Assembly (NCBI RefSeq): GCF_006345805.1
Contig: NW_021825431.1
Coordinates: forward strand, 1-15,553
Direction: 5' to 3'
Length of the DNA: 15,553 nucleotides
Source of the DNA: Octopus sinensis
Lineage: Eukaryota
In this document: one piece after another, positions 1 through 9,626 of the stretch
How the letters are laid out: each line of letters starts with the position of its first letter
How positions within the stretch are numbered: position 1 is the stretch's first letter
Translations under genes and position numbers: made by a program
The notes under the pieces: model-generated
Told to the model about the DNA's origin: nothing
Seen by the model: the letters and a program-made list of their open reading frames with translations, nothing else
The model's database searches: none

Positions 1-419
1 AGACTACTGACACAATTGGGCACAGCATTGAAGAATTTAATAGAACAAATCTACCCCAGGACTTCTTCGGGTATTATTCGATCGGTCTCTTTTGCCGAAC
101 TGCTAGGTTACAGATGTAAACGCACCAGCATCGGTAGTAAAGCGATGCTAAAAGGGGGAACAAACACAGACACACAAACATATACGCACTTATACATACA
201 TACATACATATATATACATACATACACACATGTTATATATATATATATATACATGACGTATTTCTTTCAGTTTCCGTCTACCAAATCCACTCAGAAGGCT
301 TTGGTCGGCCCGAGGCTATAGTAGAAGATACTTGCCCAAGGTGCCATGCAGTGAAACTGAACCCGGAACCGTGTGGTTGGTAAGCAAGCTACATACCACA
401 CAGCCACCCCTGCGCCTAT
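1..419 (-). mobile_element. tRNA-derived SINE, family A (near full length; 3' tail degraded or cut at window start)
   Basis: Minus strand begins with a tRNA-like head: A-box-like TGGCTGTGTGG (396-406) and B-box-like GGTTCAGTTTC (353-363). It continues CCTTGGGCAAGT..., an internal TA/CA microsatellite (~175-255) and a 3' body matching the copies at 4416-4750 and 9383-9626. Confidence 0.85.
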
Positions 420-714
420 AGCTACTTATAATATGTATGTATTTGTCTGCCTGTCTGTCTGTCTGTCTTTGTGTCTTGTTATACCATTTTATTGAAGCTG
501 AAAAGATTTCACAAACCTTTTACTTGGAGCTTCACGTAACCAAGCATTGGACAGTCATGAGTATTTAGCTAAATGCTTACGCCCAACGAACGGCTGCGTG
601 AAACTCTGAATTAATAGTTTATGAAGAATTTTCAGCTTGAACAAAAAGGTACTTTACTCTACCTTTGGTGTTCAAGTACAATTTTTCCCACCGTATTTTG
701 CACCGCTGTGCCCA

Positions 715-1135
715 CATGTGTGTGTATGTGTGTGTTTGCTGTGTATCATCGTGTTGCGTTTGTGTCAGATATATATATTTATTTCTATATATGTTGATAT
801 ATTTATGTTTACATATATTTTTATTTATATATTTATTTATTTATATATTTACATCTTAATTTGCTTATACATTCATGTGTTTCTTCACTTGGTTATTTCC
901 TATTTATCGCATTCTATTCCTTTCTTTGATTATCTTCTTTATTGATTATTTATGTATTTATTTATTTAACTGTTCAATGATTTGTTTCTATATTTTATAT
1001 ATATTTAATTATTTATGTTCACTTCTTTATTATCTTATTCTATTTTGCATTTTATTTATTTAATTTATTCATTTATATATTCCTTTTTTTTTTCTTCCTG
1101 TTTATAAATTTATATATTTATACGTTTATTTATAC
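715..1135. repeat. Degenerate GT/TA/TTTA low-complexity tract
   Basis: Short (GT)n followed by ~360 bp of degenerate TATT/TTTA repeats. The ORFs called here are I/Y/L/F-rich translations of the repeat. Confidence 0.85.
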
Positions 1136-1342
1136 TCTTTCGATTCCATAAGCGAACTAGCGTGAAATTGGTCCTGAATAGCGCAAACGACCACATACAA
1201 GTTCACAACAGTCGATTCTTTTGTTAGAAGCGAAATTGAAAAATGGTAATGATTTTAGCTGAGTCATCACATTTACTGACGGCTTGCCGTTGTTCTTCTT
1301 GTCGCTCTTCCTGTTGTGCTTGGAGTTCTTGTCTGAGTCGCT

Positions 1343-1376
1343 GTTATTGTTGTTGTTATTATTATTATAAATTTTA

Positions 1377-1440
<64 letters not shown>

Positions 1441-1470
1441 CAGTTTTTTATTGTTATTATTATTGTATTA

Positions 1471-1509
<39 letters not shown>

Positions 1510-1599
1510 TTATCATTAGTTATTTTTATTTTTATTATTATTGTTATTATTATTATTATTATATTTTATATTATTATTATATTATTGCTGCTGCTACTA

Positions 1600-1637
<38 letters not shown>

Positions 1638-1850
1638 ACTACTGCTACATGTATTATCATTGTCATCATTATCCTCACCCCCACCACCACCACCACCATC
1701 ATTCCAGTCATCTTCGCCATAGTTATCATCGCCATGACTATCGTCATCGTTTTCGCCACCACCACCATCGTCACCATTATCATCATCATCGTCATCATCA
1801 TCATCATCATCGTCGTCATCATCATCATCATCATCATCATCATCACATCG
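1343..1850. repeat. Compound trinucleotide tract: (TAT)n, then (CTA/CTG)n, then (CAT/CAC)n
   Basis: Directly visible: (TAT)20 at 1381-1440, CTA/CTG mix ~1586-1648, CAT/CAC/CGT mix ~1660-1845. Confidence 0.95.
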
Positions 1851-1984
1851 CTGCTCTTGTTTCTGGTGCTGCTGATGCTGATGTTGTAGGTTGCATTTAT
1901 GGTGCATACTATGGTTGTATAGCTGTCGTCGTAGTGGTCGATTTTTTCCAGGAATTCTTCTCTTTTGAATATATCATTTGTTCC

Positions 1985-2128
1985 GTTGTTGTTGTTGTTG
2001 TTGTTGTTGTTGCTGCTATTGTCGAACAGCTGTTATCGCAAGTGCAACGAATCTGACTATCGACCGGATCAAACGGGTGGGTTGCACTACCGCCCACCTT
2101 TAACAAGACAGGGCAGGCGGTGTCCTTC

Positions 2129-2181
<53 letters not shown>

Positions 2182-2224
2182 CAGCAGCAGTTGTAGTAGT
2201 AGCAGCAGCAGCAGTTGTAGTAGT

Positions 2225-2282
<58 letters not shown>

Positions 2283-2360
2283 ACAGCATCAGTAGTGGCA
2301 GTGACAGCAGCAACTGCAGCAGCAGTAGTAGTAGTAGGAGTAGTTGTTGTTGTTGTTGCT
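1985..2360. repeat. (GTT)n at 1985-2011 and (AGT/AGC)n at ~2129-2345, separated by ~115 bp of non-repetitive sequence
   Basis: Directly visible repeats. Confidence 0.95.
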
Positions 2361-2459
2361 ATTGTAGTACATGGAGCGGGTTGACAGTGTTCATTTTCCA
2401 TAGTAGTTGTAGGTGATTATGTGTTATTGTTTTCTTCTAAACTTCAGTCTAAATGGACT

Positions 2460-3650
2460 GTCAAACAATAACGATAACAGAACCAACATTTCATGAATGA
2501 CATCGGTAACGAGAAATGCGCAAAAATGACAGTGAAGTGATGACAATCACAGCAACACTAACAACAGCCAAAGTAATGTCAATGACAGCAATGTCAAAAT
2601 GACAAGAATGTCAACAAAATTTTATAAGGGCTGGGAGAGTAACAACGACAGAAATAGGTTTAAGGATCAACGCGAGGTCTACGACTGAAGCGATTACGAC
2701 GGCTGAAACAACGATGACAGTGAGAATAACGATGACAGCGAGCGAAAGGATGAAGACGACAGCGAGAACGACAACGTGATGAATATGTCAGCAACAGTCA
2801 AGTTGATGACAGTGACGGCCAGCTGCGAAGGGGCCGGTATGATGATGATGAATGATGATGATGATGAAGATCCTCATCATCATCATCACCATCATCATTA
2901 TCATCATCATCATCATCATCATCACCATCCTCCTCATCGTCACATGACGATGATTTTGGTGATGAGGATGGGGATGAGGATGAGGATGAGGAGAATGAGG
3001 AGGAGGATAATGATGATGATGATGAAGGTGAGGAGGAGGAGGAGGAGGAGGAGGATAATGATGATGATGATGAAGGTGAGGAGGAGGAGGAGGTGGAAGA
3101 GGATGATGATTTTTATATTATGATGATGACGATGACGAAATGGTGGTAGTGATGATGTGGTGGTAGGGGTCGTGGTTATTATGACAATGATGGTGATGGC
3201 GGGGTTGTGGCGAAGATGATGACCATGATAATGATTATCATCATCATCATCATGACGATGAGTTTTTTTTATTATGATGATGGTGGTGGTGGTGCGTGGT
3301 AGCGACAATACAGACGTTGATGATGATGATGATGGTGTAACGGTTATGATGATTAGAGTGGAGATGAAGATTATTGTTTGAGCTAAAAACACTTCCTTGC
3401 AATTATTGATATTTTACAATTGTGGTGGTGGTGGCGGCGGCGGAGGCGATGGTGTTGGTGCTGATGGTGCTGATGGCTGTATAGTAGTGATGGTTTCCAA
3501 CGGATGATGATGATGATGATGATGATGAGATGATGCCGATAACAATGATGGTGGTGGTGGCGGTAGAGGTGTGGCTGCAGTGGTGTTGGTGATGATGATT
3601 TCCAACGGATGTGGTGGTGGTGGTGGTGGTTTTGGTGGTGGTGGTGGACG
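2460..3650. repeat. Degenerate GAC/AAC tract followed by GAT/CAT/GAG/GGT trinucleotide patchwork
   Basis: Eroded GAY/AAY triplets at 2460-2830, with in-frame stops. Purer (GAT)n, (CAT)n, (GAG)n and (GGT)n follow. Includes a 48-bp-period duplication (GAGGATAATG at 3003 and 3051) and a ~105-bp-period duplication (TTTCCAACGGATG at ~3494 and ~3599). Confidence 0.9.
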
Positions 3651-3738
3651 GGGGGGGTTATTGGGGAATTCTTTTTAAATATCTTACTTGCTCCCTTTAT
3701 TGTTGTTGTTGTTTATATTGTTCAGTTTTCATCATTCC

Positions 3739-3941
3739 GGTTCAAACAACAGGCTGATTTTTTTTCCCCTATCTTTCATCCTTACAAAATCAATACAATC
3801 AGTACCAGTCAGCTGCTGGGATCGATTAGATCGATTATATGCCTTCTCTAAAACCCGTGACCTATATTTGGAATCATTAAGTCGGTGTTTTTGGCAGAAA
3901 TGTTACAGCATCGGACAAAATGTCTTGCACAATTTATTTCG
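3739..3941 (+). mobile_element. Old, diverged SINE family B-like fragments (body, then a second head)
   Basis: GGTTCAAA...CTTTCATCCTT...AGTACCAGT...CTGGGATCGATTAGATCGAT resembles the family B body. TGGCAGAAATGTTA-CAGCATCGGACAAAATG (3892-3922) resembles the family B head at 8806-8836. Confidence 0.55.
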
Positions 3942-4076
3942 TTTGGTTCGGCAATGCACAGAAGAAGAAGAAAAGCTATAACGAGGTTGGTTAGAATGCT
4001 GCTATGTCTAGCAGACGTGTATCCATTACTAAAGATAATCTAATAAGATCGAAATCACGTGATGTGGCAGTCACAC

Positions 4077-4250
4077 GATAAGTCGATTAAACTGACGCCA
4101 GTGCTCAGCTGGTACTTATTTTATCGACCTCCGAAAGGATGAAAGGCAAAGTCGGCCTCAGCGGAATATGAACCGAGACCGTAAAAATGGACGAAATGCC
4201 GCTAAATATTTTCGTCGGCGCGGGAACGATTCTGTCGGGCCGTCGTCTTA
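4077..4250 (-). mobile_element. tRNA-derived SINE, family B-like (head and body)
   Basis: The reverse complement of 4081-4200 aligns by hand to 4756-4874 at ~80% identity. A diverged head (GACAGAATCGTT..CGCCGACGAAAAT..TTAGCGG) lies upstream on the minus strand. Confidence 0.85.
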
Positions 4251-4346
4251 AAAAGTGCGTCATGTGGCCACCAAACAATTTACATTGTAATCGATATGGC
4301 ACGCATACTTGGCATTTGAGTAAAAGGAAAGAAAATAGATGTAGAG

Positions 4347-4400
4347 TAATGGTTCTCAACTGGGGTCCATATAAGATTTTGCTGTTAAAATTTATGCGCA
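4347..4400 (+). mobile_element. Possible solo terminal fragment of a hAT-type MITE
   Basis: TAATGGTTCTCAAC resembles the CAGTGGTTCTCAAC terminal inverted repeat typical of hAT/Charlie elements (2 mismatches), followed by TGGGGTCCATATAAG. No partner TIR was found in the window. Confidence 0.35.
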
Positions 4401-4415
4401 ATATGTAGGTTTACG

Positions 4416-4750
4416 TACTCTTTTACTTGTTTCAGTCATTTAACTGTGGCCATGCTGGAACACAGCCTTAAATCGAACAAATCGACCCCAGGACTTATTC
4501 TTTGTAAGCCTAGTACTTATTCTATCGGTTGCTTTTGCCGAACCGCTAGGCTACGGGGACGTAAACACACCAGCATAGGTTGTCAAGCAAAGTTGGGGGG
4601 GGGACAAACACAGACACAGAAACACATACACACACATATATATGTGTGTGTGTGTGTGTGTGTATGTGTGTGTGCGTGTGTGTGTGTGTGTGTGTGTACA
4701 TACATACGACGGGCTTCTTTCAGTTTTCGTCTACCAAATCCACTCACAAG
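4416..4750 (-). mobile_element. SINE family A, 3' tail and body; tRNA head missing
   Basis: Collinear with 1-295 (AAATCGACCCCAGGACTT, TTTGCCGAAC, GACAAACACAGACAC, TTTCAGTTT.CGTCTACCAAATCCACTCA). Homology stops at 4750, where family B sequence begins. Confidence 0.9.
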
Positions 4751-4937
4751 AAATAGGTATTTCGTCTGCCGTTACGTTCTGAGTTCAAATTCCGCCGAGG
4801 TCGACTTTGCTTTTCATCCTTTCGGGGTCGATAAATTAAGTACCAGTTACGCACTGGGGTCGATATAATTGACTTAATCCGTTTGTCTGTCCTTGTTTGT
4901 CGTCTCTGTGTTTAGCACCTTGTGGGTAGTAAAGAAA
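4748..4937 (+). mobile_element. SINE family B repeat unit (headless, starting at a tail-to-body junction)
   Basis: AAGAAATA|GGTATTTCGTCTGCCGTTACGTTCTGAGTTCAAATTCCGCCGAGG...GTGGGTAGTAAAGAAA is nearly identical to 8843-9026 and 9027-9182. Confidence 0.9.
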
Positions 4938-5460
4938 CAGTAAAATATATACCAGTCTGTGTGTTTGTATGCGAGTGTGCAGGTCCGGGTGTGGCTGTGG
5001 CGTCTGAGCGTGCGTCTCTGGGTAGCAACGTGTTCGTGTGCGCGCTTGTGTATATGAGTGCTTAAATGCCGGCTTATTTGCGGCATGAAACATTCTGCAT
5101 TTGATTACGATATGAAAGATTTGAAAACTGTGATATTTATTGAATGATTGAAGAAAGAGAATGAAATGGCGATAGAGGAAAACTGCCCGGCGAGGGGAAG
5201 GGAGAAGCATTGAATGGAATGAAGGGGCGAGGTGGGAGGTAACAAGTTGGTGAAGCAGTATTGTATGTCGCGATCTTCCGTTGTTGCCGTTTATCATAAC
5301 GTATTTAAGTTGATGGTTCCGGTGCCTCTCTTTCTTCTAGCTCAGTGTGGCTGTCTGTTTCCGGTGCTTTTGCCTTCCCAGTTAACCACTGCAGAACATA
5401 TGGAGTGTTTCGTTGTAATTAATTTCTCGTAAATGTATAAGCATATGAACGAATGACTTC

Positions 5461-5463
<3 letters not shown>

Positions 5464-5528
<65 letters not shown>

Positions 5529-5601
5529 CACACACAGAGACACGCACTCACAGAAATATGTGTGTGTGTGTGTGTGTACAAACGCACACACATACACACA
5601 C
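5464..5601. repeat. (CA)n/(GT)n microsatellite cluster
   Basis: Perfect (AC)n at ~5464-5526, followed by short GT and CA runs. Confidence 0.95.
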
Positions 5602-5614
5602 ATAGATAGATAGG

Positions 5615-5710
<96 letters not shown>

Positions 5711-5788
5711 ACAGAAAGATAGATAGATAGACAGACAGACAGGCAGGCAGGCAGACTGACAGACAGACAGACAGATAGATAGACAGAC

Positions 5789-5882
<94 letters not shown>

Positions 5883-5925
5883 AGTAAAGATAGATAGGTA
5901 GATAGATAAAGTAAAGATAGATAGG

Positions 5926-5990
<65 letters not shown>
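5602..5990. repeat. (GATA)n/(GACA)n tetranucleotide array
   Basis: About 390 bp of GATA with GACA/GGCA interruptions. Includes a 27-bp higher-order duplication (5881-5907 and 5908-5934). Confidence 0.97.
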
Positions 5991-5991
<1 letters not shown>

Positions 5992-6058
5992 TCGACAGAA
6001 ATTAGATAGCAAGTTAGATTATATATAAATGTGTGCGTGCGTGCGTGCGTGCGTGTGT

Positions 6059-6228
6059 GGAGGCGCGTTGCTGAGTGGTTAGGGTGTTACACTCATGACC
6101 ATAAAATTGTGGTTTCGATTCTTCGACCGGGCGATGCAATGTGTTCTTGAGTAAAACACTTCATGTTGCGCCAGTCTACTCAGCTGGTACGAATGAATAA
6201 TCCAAAGACGGACCGGCGTCCTATCCAG
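6059..6228 (+). mobile_element. tRNA-derived SINE, family C
   Basis: GGAGGCGCG, then A-box-like TTGCTGAGTGG (6068-6078) and B-box-like GTTTCGATTC (6112-6121). A non-tRNA body follows: GTGTTCTTGAGTAAAACACTT...CCAGTCTACTCAGCTG...GACGGACCGGCGTCCTATCCAG. Confidence 0.75.
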
Positions 6229-6755
6229 TAAGTGTCATGTACCTCCAGGAGATTCATGGTAAATGTTTTAATTTTTCATTCCCTTCGAGTTTTTATCCCT
6301 AATAGTGGTTTGGACTTTAGCTGTTCCTTCTAGCGTGAATGGAATCCTATGATGGCTACCACTTATGTGTTTAAATGTACACAGTATTTATATGAATAAT
6401 ATATAGTCTATTGACTAATTTTTGTACACGCTAGGCCACAGATAGTAATACATATATATATAGCGTTATAAGAATATAGAAACTTCGAGAATGTAAAACA
6501 AATCGCCTTTATTGTTTGTCTTTTAATCTATAAATAATAGTGTGTAGGATAATGGGCTAAAAACATGCCCTTTGAATGGAAAAGTTCGAAAAGTGCCCGT
6601 ACCTTTCTACTTTTTCCATCTAAGAAGTTCTTTAGTTGACCACTGTATGTGTGTATATGTATGTATATATACACGCGCGCATGTACACACATATATGTGT
6701 GTGTTTATGTGTGTTTATATGGGTGGAGTGAGTCTCTCAGGGTATATTTTTTTTC

Positions 6756-6966
6756 TTATTTCTTATTTTATCTAGTTTCAGCTCACGCGCTGTGGCCATG
6801 CTGGGGCACTGCCATTTGGTATTCCTCCATAATTTTACTTCACGAATGCCTTTTAGGAATTAGACATTTGGGGCATGAGAGAGTTTAATGCAGCTGCCCT
6901 CATCTGCACCTCCTGCCACGAGGCTGGTTCATCTGGGACACTTGACAGGAAGAGGTCCAGCTTTGT
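6756..6966 (-). mobile_element. 5'-truncated LINE 3' end (ORF2 C-terminus, 3' UTR and tail), probably CR1/L2 group
   Basis: Minus 6966-6853 translates TKLDLFLSSVPDEPASWQEVQMRAAALNSLMPQMSNS*. This matches the 'KLDxFLxxVPDEP...RAAxSNSL' C-terminus I recall from invertebrate CR1-like ORF2 proteins. A short 3' UTR follows, ending in a stem-loop and a (AAATAAG)2 tail. The clade assignment comes from memory. Confidence 0.7.
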
Positions 6967-7934
6967 GTACAATTCTCTTTTAGTTTTTTGTTTGTTTTAC
7001 CATGAAAGCTAGTTTGAGTACAGCCTTAACAGTTGAATGTTCTACACCATTTTTATTATATCTCTATATTTCCTTAGGTACATCGTTTTCAGTTGTTTTA
7101 CCATAATAGTGTATCAACGAATGAATAGAGAACGCTTCACCTTAGTTCCATTTTTGTGATTTAGAATACTAGAAAAAATTCTATTTACATACCTTTTAAA
7201 AGTTCCAGTATGTATATGTGTGTGTTTGTATGTGTATATGAGTGTGCATGAGTTTCTGGCTTCGTTTTTCAAATTTCTCTCCAATAAGGAAACACCCAGT
7301 CACCATCACAAAGTAAATCCCTTCCTTTACAATATAGACAATATCAAATAACTTAAGGCGGTAGCGAGTGATTTGAAACATTAATTCGGTTACTATTTCT
7401 ACCAGGTTACACGACTGCGCAGAGGCTGTCTCGCTTGGACCTAGCATTGAGATGTTGTAGCAGATGCCGTTGTGCTTTAGTAACAGATGAGATCCTACGC
7501 TCAAAGACATCCTAATCATGGCCATTTCGAAAATCCATTATAGCATTATCAAACGTATACTTGAAGACCCTTTAGTGTGCTATTTCTTAGATGTTGCTCA
7601 ACCAGATAGAGGTCCCCACGTCGATTCGAGCTTTTCTATGCTAGAAGTCAATGATACAACGGTAACCGGTCGGCTCATCTCGGTGAATTTTAATGTTTGT
7701 CAGCATATGTGATATGGCTCTTGTTGCTGTTATGTGAGAAGTTTTTTCTTTGTCCTTCGTAGAGGTAAAAAGTTAACTTGATAAAGACAGTATCAAATGA
7801 GCCACTGGTATATTCTGCCACTACTGTCTATTACAGATCTAATCGCATTAATGAAATGTTAAATTTAGACTGAGTTCCTACAGTAACTGTTGATCTAGGC
7901 AAGCTGGAGAAATCTGGTCTGTCCACTTAATTAT

Positions 7935-7987
7935 TTTAACACACACACACACTCACACACACACACCACACCACATATACACATACC

Positions 7988-8018
<31 letters not shown>

Positions 8019-8245
8019 ATGTACGTATGTATGTATGTATATATGTATATATATGTATGTATATATGTATGTATGTATATATGTATGTATATGTATATAT
8101 ATTATGTATATATATTATATCTATATATATATGCATATAATCATACATATATATATATTTACTTATATACATATATGTGTGTGTGTGTATATATATATAT
8201 GTGCGTATGTGTATATGTGTGTCTATGTGTGTGTGTGAGTGTGTA
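7935..8245. repeat. Compound CA/TA/TATG/GT microsatellite
   Basis: Directly visible. Confidence 0.95.
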
Positions 8246-8795
8246 TCTAACGCTTCGTCTCTGGACATTATAGAACCTTTTAACGTTAACGATCTTGATT
8301 CTCAACTGCGATGCATTTGATGCATTTGCTTTCAATGCGATTTAAACTCGTTGATAAATGTACGAAGATTTCGTATTAGCAGTTAGGACCAATTCGAAAT
8401 GCTTAATCCAATTAATCTTTATAATCAGACATCATCTAGAAGTTGATGTAAATGTTACGCTTCGTCTGTTAGTTACTTTCACCTGAAAGCCGTGAAAAGA
8501 TCTTCCTCCTTTTCTTCTAGGTCTTCACTTTCGAATTTAACATATTTTGGAAGAATTTAACAGTACCTTATCATAAGATTTGAGACTTGCCAAAAATGTG
8601 CTCTTTGCTGTATGCCTTCCGTGTTCATATTTCAAATCGCCATTGCTCCTGATGATATCATTCACATCAGTGTTGCTGCAAGCTGATTGTACATACGCCG
8701 GCACAGTTATAGATACCTTATGGTCTATATCCCACGAAGACACGAAAAGAGAACCAGACACTCTCTATTACTGTCAATAGGTAATAGTCACGGAA

Positions 8796-9177
8796 GGAGA
8801 CGAGCTGGCAGAAATGTTAGCACGCCGGGTGAAATGCTTTGCGGTATTTCGTCCGCCGCTGCGTTCTGAGTTCAAATTACGCCGAGGTCGACTTTGCCTT
8901 TCATCCTTTTGCGATCGATAAATTAAGTACCAGTTACGCCCTGGGGTCAATATAATCGACTTAATCTGTGTGTCTGTCCTTGTTTGTCTCCTCTGTGTTT
9001 AGCCCCTTTTGGGTAATAAAGAAATAGGTATTTCGTCTGCCGTTACGTTCTGAGTTCAAATTCCGCCGAGGTCGACTTTACCTTTCATCCTTTCGGGGTC
9101 GATAAATTAAGTACCAGTTACGCAGTGTCTGTCCTTGTTTGTCCCCTCTGTGTTTAGCCCCTTGTGGGCAATAAAGA
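8796..9177 (+). mobile_element. SINE family B, full length, with internal tandem duplication and a 20-bp target-site duplication
   Basis: Head with A-box-like TGGCAGAAATG (8806-8816) and B-box-like GTTCAAATT (8870-8878). Body unit 1 is 8843-9026; unit 2 is 9027-~9182 with a ~29-bp deletion. The flanks AATAGGTAATAGTCACGGAA at 8776-8795 and 9178-9197 are identical. Confidence 0.92.
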
Positions 9178-9382
9178 AATAGGTAATAGTCACGGAATAA
9201 CAATGCTCAAAATATCTTGACTGTCAAATATTTATTGTCTGATACGAAGCACCCTTTTACTAACTATTTGAATACGTTAAGTTACTGTTCACAAAGGTAA
9301 CTGCACCGAGCATTAAATAACTAAATGGAAGGAATCATGGGTTAAGAATAAAAACATTATCAGCTCTTTTCATCTACAATTT

Positions 9383-9626
9383 ATCTTTTGTTTTAGTCAC
9401 TGGACTTAATCATGTTTGGACAGTCCCTGAAAGGGTTTAAACCGAGCAAATCGACCCCAGGATGTATTTTTAACTTTGGTGTTAAATATATCGGTCTTTT
9501 TCACCAAATCACTATTTGATGGGGACGTACACGAACCGACACCCGTGGTCATGTGATGGGTGGAGACAAACATAGACACAAACAGGCGCGCACAACTATA
9601 CACACACACACATATATATTCATGAC
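9383..9626 (-). mobile_element. Diverged SINE family A, 3' half
   Basis: TCTTTTGTTTTAGTCA..., GAGCAAATCGACCCCAGGA, GGGGACGTA and GACAAACATAGACAC are collinear with 4419-4620. Confidence 0.75.

Noticed and set aside
560-577. Imperfect palindrome AGTATTTAGCTAAATGCT
   Set aside because: Short, AT-rich and expected by chance; no associated element.
1157-1447. Minus-strand open frame: poly-Asn then SDSDKNSKHNRKSDKKNNGKPSVNVMTQLKSLPFFNFASNKRIDCCELVCGRLRYSGPISR*
   Set aside because: Protein-like, but there is no start codon or polypyrimidine acceptor upstream. The K/N/D part is eroded AAC/AAG repeat and I recognise no homology. RNA-seq would be needed to revive it.
1846-2128. Non-repetitive islands translating as DTACPVLLKVGGSATHPFDPVDSQIRCTCDNSC or GTNDIFKREEFLEKIDHYDDSYTTIVC (minus)
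   Set aside because: Different frames look equally plausible, there are no convincing splice sites and no known motif. An exon cannot be supported.
5326-5434. Pyrimidine tract plus AG at 5340 and a possible GT donor at 5429
   Set aside because: No recognisable peptide and a weak donor; pyrimidine tracts are common in this DNA.
8501-8786. Apparent plus-strand exon (TCTTCCTCCTTTTCTTCTAG acceptor at 8520; AG|GTAATA donor at 8780)
   Set aside because: All three frames hit a stop within ~60 nt of the acceptor, so it is not a coding exon. A non-coding exon cannot be excluded.
353-8878. tRNA-like A/B boxes at 353-406, 6068-6121 and 8806-8878 as real tRNA genes
   Set aside because: No complete cloverleaf or acceptor stem, and each continues into a SINE body, so they are SINE heads.
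8843-9182. Direct repeats that could be mistaken for a CRISPR array or satellite
   Set aside because: These are ~184-bp SINE body units with no unique spacers, in a eukaryotic context with no cas genes.
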